From positions 124,001 to 188,000 of the IMG/VR virus record IMGVR_UViG_3300027759_006101: DNA of 64,000 nt; one strand, given 5' to 3'. Positions 19,701 through 29,245 of the stretch are shown one piece after another. The notes beneath the pieces were generated by a model. That model saw only the letters and a list, made by a program, of their open reading frames with translations. It did not search any database and was not told the DNA's origin. Numbering within the stretch: the stretch's first letter is position 1; the number at the start of each line of letters is the position of its first letter. The translations under genes and the position numbers were made by a program.

Positions 19701-21011
19701 ATGGCAAAATTTATTCGTGCAAGTAAAAAATTTATCAAGATATCTCAGAGTGAAGAAAAATATTATCATGGCACAACTACTGGTGAAAATGATTCAATTC
19801 TTAAAAGTATTATATCTTCAGGCATAGACCCAAAAATTGCACAAGGATTTGGGCAAGGAGCTGGGTTTTATGTTTTCAATAGCATAAATCAAGCTAAAAG
19901 GCAAGCTATGTCACTTAATAGTTTCTTTAGTGGCAGTGAAGTAACATTTGAATATGTGGGAAACCCAGATACTATACCAGGTGGATATCCAATGGTGGTT
20001 TCACTTCCAGTTGATTTAAAATCAGAAACATTTGATTTAGATTATGAGTCATTGCCACGATTTGGATTTTTTATAATAAGAGAAATGTACGACTTGATAA
20101 AAACTTTGCCGCAAGATGCTTTTGCTGAATTGGATCTTTTGGGAAATAGGCCCTCCGCAATACCGGAGCACACTACTATAGATTCTTCTTTATTAGGCGA
20201 TGGTGAAATAATAAGATTGAGGTCAAAACCAAAACCTATTCAAAAACAAAAACGCACACGTAAACAAAAAATAGCATTTTATGTCAAAGACACGCTAAAA
20301 GAATATGAGACTGGAGATGTCGGAACTGGTTATACTTATCATAAAATTTTAGAAGTTCTTAAAAAATATTTTCCAGAGGAATTCAAGAAAGCAGAAGAAA
20401 AAGTTTTTGAAATTTTAAAACCTCTTGAAAATTATGATTATAAATCAGACCATCCCGATGTGGATTGGAAATATGGGACTCAACCTGTAGCTTTTAAATA
20501 TAACGGAAAATACAATATTCATATCGACCCAGCTTTAGACATTATGGTTTACTTTAACAATAATTGGATAAGTGGTCAAGAATATATGCAGCAAAAGGAT
20601 TCTACTAACAATACTGAAAATAGCACATCAGATTCTCAGAACACAAAGACATCAAGGAATAAAAATATGGCAAAATTTATCAAGACAGCATTATTAGAAG
20701 TAAGAGAAAGAACTGAACAGCAAGAAGTTCAATTAGAAGAAGTAAGAACTGGTGAAACATATACTTCTCTTTATGACGCATTACAGAAACAACATAAAAC
20801 TGTAGATGCTCAGACACTTTGTGAACTCTTTACTCCTCTCCATAAAAATACAAACTACAATTCATTAGAAGAAGCTTTAGGTAATAAGGCGGGTTTGTAT
20901 GGTAGAAAAAACGAAGAATTAGCAGAAAAATCATTCTCAGAAATATTAGAAGAAATTGAAAAAGGTTTCCCAGAAGAAATTCTTGAGTTACAATTAAGAA
21001 ATAAGAAATAA
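19701..21011 (+). CDS. ADP-ribosyltransferase-like protein, apparent fusion of two ORFs
   Basis: YYHGTT...GFGQGAGFYV; internal second MAKFIK start near 20667. Confidence 0.5.
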   Translation: MAKFIRASKKFIKISQSEEKYYHGTTTGENDSILKSIISSGIDPKIAQGFGQGAGFYVFNSINQAKRQAMSLNSFFSGSEVTFEYVGNPDTIPGGYPMVVSLPVDLKSETFDLDYESLPRFGFFIIREMYDLIKTLPQDAFAELDLLGNRPSAIPEHTTIDSSLLGDGEIIRLRSKPKPIQKQKRTRKQKIAFYVKDTLKEYETGDVGTGYTYHKILEVLKKYFPEEFKKAEEKVFEILKPLENYDYKSDHPDVDWKYGTQPVAFKYNGKYNIHIDPALDIMVYFNNNWISGQEYMQQKDSTNNTENSTSDSQNTKTSRNKNMAKFIKTALLEVRERTEQQEVQLEEVRTGETYTSLYDALQKQHKTVDAQTLCELFTPLHKNTNYNSLEEALGNKAGLYGRKNEELAEKSFSEILEEIEKGFPEEILELQLRNKK

Positions 21012-21218
21012 TTGGATTTATAGCTAATAGACAAAACTATTAGCTATAATAAATTTAACAGGTGTAATAAGATGAAAAATAAACTTTCAAAAGAACAACT
21101 TGATCTTTTAAATAAATTTAAAAACACAAAAGATAATAAAAGCGCTGCAAACTTAAATGAAAAAACTGAATCAAAAATTAATTCAGTTTCTCATAGACCA
21201 AACTTAAGAAGAAGCGGA

Positions 21219-21482
21219 TCAAGGGGTAAGTGACGGACTCCAATCTGGGCCTGCCAATACTTCCAAGAATTCTTCATAAGTGTAATACTGAGTTTTAGTA
21301 GTTAATGATTCAACACAGTTAGGTACAACTTGCCCCTGCCACTTTACAAATGTCTTTAATCCATCAACACTTAAACGCAAAGTGTCAGCAGATGTTTCAA
21401 GTACTTGTGTAAAATCAATCAAGGGTATTTCTGTAACGTGAAAAATAACAAATGTTCTGTCCATATTTTTATTATAAAACAA
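21219..21482 (-). CDS. conserved small phage protein
   Basis: IDFTQVLETSADTLRLSVDG.KTFVKW is typical of phage hypotheticals. Confidence 0.65.
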   Translation of the reverse strand: MFYNKNMDRTFVIFHVTEIPLIDFTQVLETSADTLRLSVDGLKTFVKWQGQVVPNCVESLTTKTQYYTYEEFLEVLAGPDWSPSLTP

Positions 21483-21535
21483 AAGGTAGGGTTAGTTCCT
21501 TCTTTGAATAAAAAAGAATGTTCGGGGACCAAATT

Positions 21536-22588
21536 ATGCATAAAAAAATAGTACTTAATAAATTGCAGAAAATTGCAAACTTATTTGATCAATGTCAACA
21601 TCACAATCAAGCAGACCAAATAACTCAAATAATGCATAAAATAGCGCAAATTGGTAGCGCTGGAATTTACAAGCCAAAAGGAAGCTCATTCCTAAGCTCA
21701 CAACCTGACTTGGCAATTATTGAAAGCAAAAATAATATTCCAAATGATTTATTATATTACGCCGCATCAGTAACACAAAGAACTAAAACCCCAAAATATG
21801 ATCAAGAAAATTTTGAAAAAACATTAGCAAAATTAAATTCTATTAAAAATAATCCTAAAGTAAAAGATAATTTTCCAAATATTTCAAGCAGTGTAGATTC
21901 TGCTATTGATTTGTTGAATTCAAAATCAAATCAATCTGGTGAAACTAAAACTAAAAGCACATATATAGAAAGATTACCTAGTTCAAAATTAGGAGACTAT
22001 GCTTCTCCAGCTGATACAACTTTTAAAACTCAAGATACTCCATTTGATGATTTAGGACAATTTTTAGATCCATATCAAAATCCGCTTTTGCAAATGGGCG
22101 GTGGTTTTGGCGATATTGTAGGCAATGATCCAGAAGATAAAGCAAAAGACTTTATAAAAAATAAATTTAATCAAGCAAGCTCAAAATCTAAAAGACAAGC
22201 CTCAATACTAATGATGGCTATAAAATTAAAAGAAGATTTAGAAGATGGAGTCAAAGCTTTATTTAATTATTATGATGAAAGAACTTTGATGAAATTATTA
22301 AAAGAATCAAATATTATAGAACAAAATGGTGATATTACAGCAAGACCATTTGATTATTCTGAACTTATTCAAAAATTATCACAGTTAGAACCAACTTCTC
22401 CGCCAGATATGCAAACAACTTCTGGAAATAATAGTTATGGCAGTCTGGAAGAAGTCAAACAAAATTTATTATCTACAGTAGAAACTATCGATAAATTTCA
22501 AGTGTCTATATCACACGCACACGATGTTCAAAGAGAACAACAAAGAGAATTAAATGATTTACAGGGTGATACTATTCCCGACGAATGA
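21536..22588 (+). CDS. leader-family protein
   Basis: MHKKIVLNKLQKIANLFD...ADQITQIMHKIAQ leader plus unique cargo. Confidence 0.75.
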   Translation: MHKKIVLNKLQKIANLFDQCQHHNQADQITQIMHKIAQIGSAGIYKPKGSSFLSSQPDLAIIESKNNIPNDLLYYAASVTQRTKTPKYDQENFEKTLAKLNSIKNNPKVKDNFPNISSSVDSAIDLLNSKSNQSGETKTKSTYIERLPSSKLGDYASPADTTFKTQDTPFDDLGQFLDPYQNPLLQMGGGFGDIVGNDPEDKAKDFIKNKFNQASSKSKRQASILMMAIKLKEDLEDGVKALFNYYDERTLMKLLKESNIIEQNGDITARPFDYSELIQKLSQLEPTSPPDMQTTSGNNSYGSLEEVKQNLLSTVETIDKFQVSISHAHDVQREQQRELNDLQGDTIPDE

Positions 22589-22801
22589 AACAAATCTACA
22601 ACAACTTATTACTAAGAAAATAAATAAACTGTAAAGAGCTATAGCAATCCTATAGCTCTTTCTTTTTTCCCAATTATATTTGTGTAAATAATATCCACTT
22701 GTCCACATCAACATAGCATACAAAAACCACTGGATTATAGTCTCACTATCAAAAGCCCAAAAAAAATAAAAACATAGTTGAATAAAAAATACAATTCTCA
22801 C
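22559..22801 (-). CDS. small membrane protein
   Basis: Three hydrophobic stretches. Confidence 0.45.
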   Translation of the reverse strand: MRIVFFIQLCFYFFWAFDSETIIQWFLYAMLMWTSGYYLHKYNWEKRKSYRIAIALYSLFIFLVISCCRFVSFVGNSITL

Positions 22802-22875
22802 AAGCTTATTATAAAAGGATAATTATCGATATATTTGTAAAAATAAATTAATCACCTTTGATAAGGAAAAAAAAT

Positions 22876-23784
22876 ATGAACAATAAACAAATTGTAGCTT
22901 CACTAAATCAAATTGCTAATGAACTTGATAGCAATGGACTTTATCAAGAAGCTAATGTTGTTACCAATGTTATGGTAAAAATTAGTCAATCTGACTTACA
23001 ATATTCTGGTTCTTCGAAGTATAAGCCGTATGCTAATTTAAGTCCTCAAAGTGTTAATGTCGGCAACGCTGCAGGAAGCACTGCGGGTTCATCAACGACT
23101 GATGAACAAACTTTCAATCAGGCTATTGAACATATAAAAACGCTTTTAAATATGGGCGAAAAAGAAGGAGCAAAAAGTATATTTTTCGATACTCTTGAAA
23201 AACTTACAGAACCTGCTCAACGTGAAAAGTTTAGAAATACGTACTATGAATTAACAGCTCCTTCAGCTTCTCCAAATGCACCAGTCACTAAGCCAAATGC
23301 ACCATCTACTCCAATTGGTACACCTAAGCCATCAGTGCCAGGTAAACCATCCCAGCCAAGTTCCAAACCTGGTATGCCATCCAACCCTGGTAGCTCAAAG
23401 CCTTCAGCACCAAAAAGCGCAGATGGGTTAGACAGATGGGTAAATAAAGCTGAAAATATTTATTCAGCTTGGGTAACAAAAGGGGCAAAGCCAGGTTCAT
23501 CAGCATTTGGATTGATCAAAGATGTTGTAGACTATATGCAAAATGTTAAATCAAGATTGCCATCATCTTTGCATAGCTCTGCAAATGCAAAAATAATCAA
23601 AGTACAAAAAATGATGCAAGATATATTTGATGGAATGCCAGACCCAACTAAGACTGTTGGAGTAATGCCTTATTATGGTGTAAGTGGAGTTAAGGGCAAA
23701 AGTGTTAATCCTTTTGCAGAGGGCGATCGTCTAGAAGGTAAAAAGCTAGATTATCAAGCCGACTACGAAAGTAAAAGATACTAA
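22876..23784 (+). CDS. leader-family protein with Pro/Ser-rich linker
   Basis: MNNKQIVASLNQIANELDSNGLYQEANVVTNVMVKISQ leader. Confidence 0.8.
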   Translation: MNNKQIVASLNQIANELDSNGLYQEANVVTNVMVKISQSDLQYSGSSKYKPYANLSPQSVNVGNAAGSTAGSSTTDEQTFNQAIEHIKTLLNMGEKEGAKSIFFDTLEKLTEPAQREKFRNTYYELTAPSASPNAPVTKPNAPSTPIGTPKPSVPGKPSQPSSKPGMPSNPGSSKPSAPKSADGLDRWVNKAENIYSAWVTKGAKPGSSAFGLIKDVVDYMQNVKSRLPSSLHSSANAKIIKVQKMMQDIFDGMPDPTKTVGVMPYYGVSGVKGKSVNPFAEGDRLEGKKLDYQADYESKRY

Positions 23785-23817
23785 TAAAAAAAGAGGAGCA
23801 AAGCTCCTCTTTTTTTA
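23785..23817. terminator. bidirectional rho-independent terminator (inverse near-copy at ~27653-27681)
   Basis: AAAAAAGAGGAGC-AAA-GCTCCTCTTTTTT between convergent genes. Confidence 0.8.
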
Positions 23818-23829
23818 TTTAAAATCAAA

Positions 23830-24243
23830 TTATAATAAAATTAATTTTTCAGCTCTAATTGTAAAGTATCTACTTAATAATTTTCCATTTTTAATTGAAC
23901 GTACAACTACAAAATCTTTTTCATCTGATACAAAATCATCACAAACTACGCCAAACTCTTCCTCGCCTTTTCCATCAATCCATTTTACTTTGGTGCCAAC
24001 AGTAAATTTTTTCTCTTCAACTAAACTCCAAACTTTGCTCAACTCTTCTACCTGCTCATCTGTCAATAATCTTAACTCGTTCAATTTATCCAACAAGTTT
24101 GATTGACTAACTTTGTAATTTGTTATCTGAGTGTCCAAATTATCATTAAGTTTTATTAACATTTTTCTATCATTATTTTGCTTCCATATGATAAAAAATA
24201 AAACCAAATTTATTAACACAGACAATACTAAAAAATAAATCAT
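23830..24243 (-). CDS. membrane-anchored coiled-coil protein
   Basis: N-terminal TM, heptads, SH3-like C-terminal part. Confidence 0.6.
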   Translation of the reverse strand: MIYFLVLSVLINLVLFFIIWKQNNDRKMLIKLNDNLDTQITNYKVSQSNLLDKLNELRLLTDEQVEELSKVWSLVEEKKFTVGTKVKWIDGKGEEEFGVVCDDFVSDEKDFVVVRSIKNGKLLSRYFTIRAEKLILL

Positions 24244-24482
24244 TTTTTTGCACCTTTTGATTGCTTGAAATTTTTAGCAAACTTTATCATTTCATTTACT
24301 TTTTGCTTACTATAAATTTCAGAGCCATAATTCTTCATCATTACATCAACTGTTTTAGAAAAATCTTTTGCCTTTGTTGATGAAGAATAAAAACTTTTTG
24401 CATCGCCGTGACAAGTCTTGCAATAATTATTATAGTCAATCTTAGAATCTAATAATATCAAAAAATAAATAATATTAATCAT
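24240..24482 (-). CDS. putative monoheme c-type cytochrome
   Basis: Hydrophobic N-terminus, YCKTCHG heme-binding motif, distal Met in TVDVMMKNYG. Confidence 0.55.
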   Translation of the reverse strand: MINIIYFLILLDSKIDYNNYCKTCHGDAKSFYSSSTKAKDFSKTVDVMMKNYGSEIYSKQKVNEMIKFAKNFKQSKGAKK

Positions 24483-25069
24483 ATTACTTCTCTCAAAACC
24501 TCATATATCAATTCCCAATTTTCTTTTCTTGTAGAATCACTCTTTGCATTGTTGAATATCTCTATAACCTTTCCATCATATTTTGCAGTTATATAAGTAT
24601 TGTTGTCAAATAAGCCATCTAACAAATTAAACTTTGTTTCATCATTACAGATAAAACCAACATAACCAATTACTTCGTATCTTCCAGAACAAATATCCCT
24701 AAATTCTTCATACAAAAATGGTAATTCCCAATTTGGGTCATAAAGATAATATTTGTTGCTGTTTTCGCAGTTATTCAACCATAAACCAGTAGTCCTAATT
24801 TTCTTCTGATCAGATAATAAATTTTTCCAAGCTTTCTTGCAAAAATTAAATGTCCTAGTATGACCCTCACAACTAGGTAATGTTTTAAAACCATTTTTAT
24901 TTAAGAAATTCACAATCTTGCTTATTGCCGGATCTAATGTTTCATCGAGTTCAGTAAAATTATAGTCAGAAATTACTCTTTCTTTATAATAGTACCAGTA
25001 ATTATGATCTTCACTGTAAAACCAATCATAATTTTTCAATTTATCAACAGTAATAGGATTTATTCTCAT
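24479..25069 (-). CDS. conserved hypothetical protein (LNKxGxxTxxSCEGH family)
   Basis: LDPAI..IV.FLNKNGFKTLPSCEGH. Confidence 0.6.
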   Translation of the reverse strand: MRINPITVDKLKNYDWFYSEDHNYWYYYKERVISDYNFTELDETLDPAISKIVNFLNKNGFKTLPSCEGHTRTFNFCKKAWKNLLSDQKKIRTTGLWLNNCENSNKYYLYDPNWELPFLYEEFRDICSGRYEVIGYVGFICNDETKFNLLDGLFDNNTYITAKYDGKVIEIFNNAKSDSTRKENWELIYEVLREVI

Positions 25070-25151
25070 AATATATTTTTACTCATAACAAAACAAGATT
25101 CCTAAAAGGACCTTAAGAGAAATAGATAAAATAATAAATATGGAGTAAATT

Positions 25152-25934
25152 ATGAACAAAAGACAAATAGTAACAGCATTAAGTAATATTGCTAACACTC
25201 TTGACAATAATCGCCTTTATCCAGAAGCTAATATTCTTACCAAAGTAATGAATAAATTAGCACAAGAAGATTCAAAACCAGAATATGATTATACTAAAGA
25301 AAGACTATATAATACTTTATCTGATTTTGGTAAAGAGTATGTAGCAGATAGAAATAGGGAAAATCCTATTACATCTTATAAGGAATTTGATGCTGCTATT
25401 TATCATGCTTTTCAATCACCTAATCCAAGAATAAGTGAAATGATGTTCCTAAGCCCATTTGAACAAAGCCAAAATGTTTTCACACAAATAAATCCAGATG
25501 TCTCAGAACTACTAAGAGGTATGTTTATGATTGACAGAGGGATTGACAATGATAAAACATTCCAAAGCTTCAAAGGTTCTATATATCCTGCACTAAAGAA
25601 AAAAATGCAAGAAAGACCAAGCACTGAAACTCTTGATTTGACCACTGGAATTGTACCTTTTGGAAGAAAAACAACTAATAAAAGTAATGAATATCATAAA
25701 CTTTTGAGAAGAGCAAAATCATTACTCAAAAAAGCTGCTGGTGAATATTGGAATCAATCTGGCGCACAATCTTCTATGGACAATTTACTCCGATACATTA
25801 TAGATGATAGTTATAATTCAGAATATAGAGATGAAGCTTATAGTATCATGGAAGAAGCGCAAAGATTACATGATCAATTAAAATCAGATGAAGCTAATAT
25901 GCCAAAATATACAATAGATGTACCAAAATTTTAA
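25152..25934 (+). CDS. leader-family protein
   Basis: MNKRQIVTALSNIANTLDNNRLYPEANILTKVMNKLAQ. Confidence 0.8.
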   Translation: MNKRQIVTALSNIANTLDNNRLYPEANILTKVMNKLAQEDSKPEYDYTKERLYNTLSDFGKEYVADRNRENPITSYKEFDAAIYHAFQSPNPRISEMMFLSPFEQSQNVFTQINPDVSELLRGMFMIDRGIDNDKTFQSFKGSIYPALKKKMQERPSTETLDLTTGIVPFGRKTTNKSNEYHKLLRRAKSLLKKAAGEYWNQSGAQSSMDNLLRYIIDDSYNSEYRDEAYSIMEEAQRLHDQLKSDEANMPKYTIDVPKF

Positions 25935-25944
25935 GGAAAAAATA

Positions 25945-26415
25945 ATGAATAAAAGACAAATTATAGCGTCCCTCAACAAGATTGCTAATGAACTCGACAC
26001 AGCAAAGCTTTACACAGAAGCAAACACAGTAACCAAAGTTATGTCCAAGATCGCTATGGACGGAAACGATGAATATGGCAGTATGGAAGATATGGGTTAT
26101 TGCCCAGAATGCGAAGAATTCACTCTAATAGACGGAAAATGTGAACAATGCGGTCATGGCGAAGATGAAGATTATCCAAACCGTAATCTTACAAATAGAT
26201 TAGATGAAATTAGCAGTATGATGGATATGCATGGAAATCATCCTGCTGACAAACTTCGTGAAGATTACTCCAAAGATTATAATAACCCAACATTTTCAGA
26301 AATGAAAGATGTGTTCAGAGATTTAGATGAATTAGTTGTAGAAAATATGACGATGAATAGAGAACAAAGAAAAAGATACGAAGAAATTAAAAAGCAAATA
26401 ATGAATGCTTTTTGA
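25945..26415 (+). CDS. leader-family protein, acidic Zn-ribbon cargo
   Basis: Leader followed by YCPECEE..CEQCG. Confidence 0.8.
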   Translation: MNKRQIIASLNKIANELDTAKLYTEANTVTKVMSKIAMDGNDEYGSMEDMGYCPECEEFTLIDGKCEQCGHGEDEDYPNRNLTNRLDEISSMMDMHGNHPADKLREDYSKDYNNPTFSEMKDVFRDLDELVVENMTMNREQRKRYEEIKKQIMNAF

Positions 26416-26479
26416 TAATTTGAACTACTAAAATAAGTGGCAATAACATTTTGTCACTTATTTTTTTAAGGAAAATAAA

Positions 26480-26956
26480 ATGAATAAAAAATACATACTT
26501 ACATCACTATATAAAATAGCTAATACACTTGACAATGATGGTCTCTACAAAGAAGCTAACACAGTAACTAAAATTATGTCCAGATTAGCCATCGATGAAA
26601 ATGATGAATATAATACAGAAGATTATTTTCCATATGGCGATCCAGACGAAGATCCAGACGAATTCTTAAACGAAGACGAAGATGAAAGAGACGATTGCTG
26701 TCCAAAATGTGGTAATTGCGACGAAAGAGAAGGCAGCACAATAGTTATGGAAAGATTTAGCAATGGAGAAATTCATTATTGTTCTAAAGGATCCTGTGAC
26801 TATAATTATTGGAGTGATGCAGAAGAAGGCGTAAAACCTCCAATTTGCCCTATCTGCAAAGGAAGAGACTTCTTATTTGACGATTACTCCAACCCTCTCG
26901 CTCAATTTGAATGCGAATCTTGCTCAACAGTATTTGTTGACGGATCTGAGGCTTAG
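26480..26956 (+). CDS. leader-family protein, acidic double Zn-ribbon cargo
   Basis: Leader, D/E-rich tract, CPKC..C/CPIC..CESC. Confidence 0.8.
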   Translation: MNKKYILTSLYKIANTLDNDGLYKEANTVTKIMSRLAIDENDEYNTEDYFPYGDPDEDPDEFLNEDEDERDDCCPKCGNCDEREGSTIVMERFSNGEIHYCSKGSCDYNYWSDAEEGVKPPICPICKGRDFLFDDYSNPLAQFECESCSTVFVDGSEA

Positions 26957-26958
26957 AA

Positions 26959-27291
26959 ATGAACAAGAAACAAATTGTTGCATCATTGAACAATATTGCT
27001 AACGTTTTAGATAATACAGGATTATATAAAGAAGCTAACACAATAACTGAAATTATGTCCAGGTTAGCTATGGACAAAAACGATGAATACAATACAGAAG
27101 ATTATGGTTATTGTCCTGATTGCGGCGATTGGATTGGAGATTATGATTATTGCATAGAATGCGATTGGAACGTTGAAAAAGATGACGATGGACCAGATTT
27201 TGGTGATATAGATTTTTATGATTTTATAGACGAAGATTTTGGTGAAGAAGAAACGCCAACAAAATATACACCTGAAAAACCTGGAAAATAA
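26959..27291 (+). CDS. leader-family protein, acidic Zn-ribbon cargo
   Basis: Leader, YCPDCG..CIEC, D/E-rich tail. Confidence 0.8.
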   Translation: MNKKQIVASLNNIANVLDNTGLYKEANTITEIMSRLAMDKNDEYNTEDYGYCPDCGDWIGDYDYCIECDWNVEKDDDGPDFGDIDFYDFIDEDFGEEETPTKYTPEKPGK

Positions 27292-27293
27292 AA

Positions 27294-27650
27294 ATGAATA
27301 AAAGACAAATTATCGCATCCTTAAATGAAATTGCTAACCAATTAGATATTTCGAATTTGCACTCTGAAGCTAATACTATAACCAAAGTTATGGTAAAATT
27401 AGCCGAAGAGGAAAAAATGAAAACCAAACACTCAGAAGAAGAACTCCAAGAAGCAATGTCCGAACAAGGCATTGAAAAAGCATTCGAAACTTATAAAGAA
27501 AAAGGTGGAAGCGCAAGCAAAGAATCATACTCATCACAATGGAAATCACTCATAGGAAGAATGATTGATGGATTCACAAACAATATGGGCGTTTCAATTG
27601 CTGAAGAAAAATATAAAAGAAAAAATCCATTCTGGGATCCAAGAGACTAA
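27294..27650 (+). CDS. leader-family protein
   Basis: MNKRQIIASLNEIANQLDISNLHSEANTITKVMVKLAE. Confidence 0.8.
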   Translation: MNKRQIIASLNEIANQLDISNLHSEANTITKVMVKLAEEEKMKTKHSEEELQEAMSEQGIEKAFETYKEKGGSASKESYSSQWKSLIGRMIDGFTNNMGVSIAEEKYKRKNPFWDPRD

Positions 27651-27679
27651 TTAAAAAGAGGAGCTTTGCTCCTCTTTTT

Positions 27680-28708
27680 TTATCCCAATTTTTTCCTAGT
27701 TTGATCACTAGCTACCTTTATGTGAGCAAGCCAATCTAACATATGACCTAAAGCTACAGATGCTTTTAAACAATTCATTTGCAAAGTTCCTGAATTACTC
27801 ATCAAATGGTTAAAACTATCATAAAATGTTTTACTTATTCTTCTGCCACGTAATACACCAGAAACATCGTGGGGATCTTCATATACTAAATCAACTAACT
27901 CAACAATATCTTGAGGCTTTATACGCTCTCTATAATACTTAAGAGCATTATCCCTGATTTGTTCATGAGTTAAATCTTCATTCTTTCTCATCAATTCAAT
28001 TACATATTTATGTAAATCTCTAATCTTAGGATTCTTTTCAAATAAGAATTCTAAAGATGGATTTATAACTCTTTTCTTAATAACTTTCAACCCAGACTTA
28101 TCTTCTTCGTCTCCAGATTCCTCAAATAAATACTTGGCAATCGGCGCACCATAAAAATATGCCATAAAAGTCCACTTATTATCTATATCTAAACCTGCAA
28201 ACTCTTTCAATCCCTTTGCTAGAGTATTGAAAATCATTACAGAATTTGCAATAAAACCATACAACCCATCAATTTTTCTAATACCACTAATAAACTCTTC
28301 AACACGCTCACGAGGATCTTCTATAACCTTTACTTTATTGCACAAACTTATAAAATTTTTAGTGTCCTCAATTACCCAATTAGCACTAGTAAAACGCAAT
28401 AAAATAAAATTAATCCACTTCAACGTATGACCCTGCTCAATTGTTCCCAAAATACCCTCAAGAGCAGGTACAACTTCCCCAATAATTAATAACAACTTTT
28501 CAGCATAATCTACTATAAATGGAGAATCAGGATCTAAACCACCAAATTGCAAAACATTATCAATCTCATCTCTATCTTCGTGAAATTTTGTAACCGATTT
28601 ATGAAGAGGGCGATCAGTGAGAGGTTTTGAATCAACGCCCTCCACAGATGTTTCTACCGGACTAAAACCTTTCAAATTAGATAAATCAATAGCTTCTCTA
28701 TACCACAT
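27680..28708 (-). CDS. hypothetical protein (MWY N-terminus)
   Basis: 342-aa ORF; TATATATGT directly before the ATG. Confidence 0.7.
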   Translation of the reverse strand: MWYREAIDLSNLKGFSPVETSVEGVDSKPLTDRPLHKSVTKFHEDRDEIDNVLQFGGLDPDSPFIVDYAEKLLLIIGEVVPALEGILGTIEQGHTLKWINFILLRFTSANWVIEDTKNFISLCNKVKVIEDPRERVEEFISGIRKIDGLYGFIANSVMIFNTLAKGLKEFAGLDIDNKWTFMAYFYGAPIAKYLFEESGDEEDKSGLKVIKKRVINPSLEFLFEKNPKIRDLHKYVIELMRKNEDLTHEQIRDNALKYYRERIKPQDIVELVDLVYEDPHDVSGVLRGRRISKTFYDSFNHLMSNSGTLQMNCLKASVALGHMLDWLAHIKVASDQTRKKLG

Positions 28709-28831
28709 ACATATATAATACTAGAAAACAATCAGTCTCCCCTAAACTCTGATAAAAGTCTGACAAACATAAAAGTAACAGAGATTATAAAACCTTTGTC
28801 AGAAACTTTATCAGAAATAAGGCCCAAAAAC

Positions 28832-29145
28832 TATATACTAATTACAGGGCAAAAAGGATGGTTATTCTCAGGGGAAAACGGAAAAAATTAACCACCCCCC
28901 CCTACTCTTCTGGGCCAAATTTAGGGGAGAAAAATAAATATATATAATAGGGCAAAAAGGATGTCTAATATTTTGGGCAAAGGGATTTCTTTTACCACCC
29001 CCCCCCACACTCCCACCAAAAATTAGGGGTAAGAATATTCCTACAAAAATTTATATATATAATAGGGCAAAAAGGATGGTTATATCTGGGGGAAAACTGT
29101 TTTTCTTACCACCCCCCCTATGTTTCCCAAAATATAGCCCACGAT
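28832..29145. repeat. three imperfect ~105-115-bp direct repeats with poly-C tracts (candidate origin or genome-end region)
   Basis: AGGGCAAAAAGGATG at 28846, 28949 and 29064, each followed 44-45 bp later by ACCACCCCCC (28891, 28994, 29108); non-coding. Confidence 0.8.
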
Positions 29146-29245
29146 TTGTTCGCATATGGCCTTTTTTTTGACGGGGGGAGCGGGAACCCAACGATTATTC
29201 TAACATACCCCCCCCACCAGCTAAATAGTAAAGGAGAGAGTAGTC

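Noticed and set aside
28832-29145. CRISPR or mini-array
   Set aside because: Only three long degenerate units, and the intervening sequences are similar to each other rather than unique
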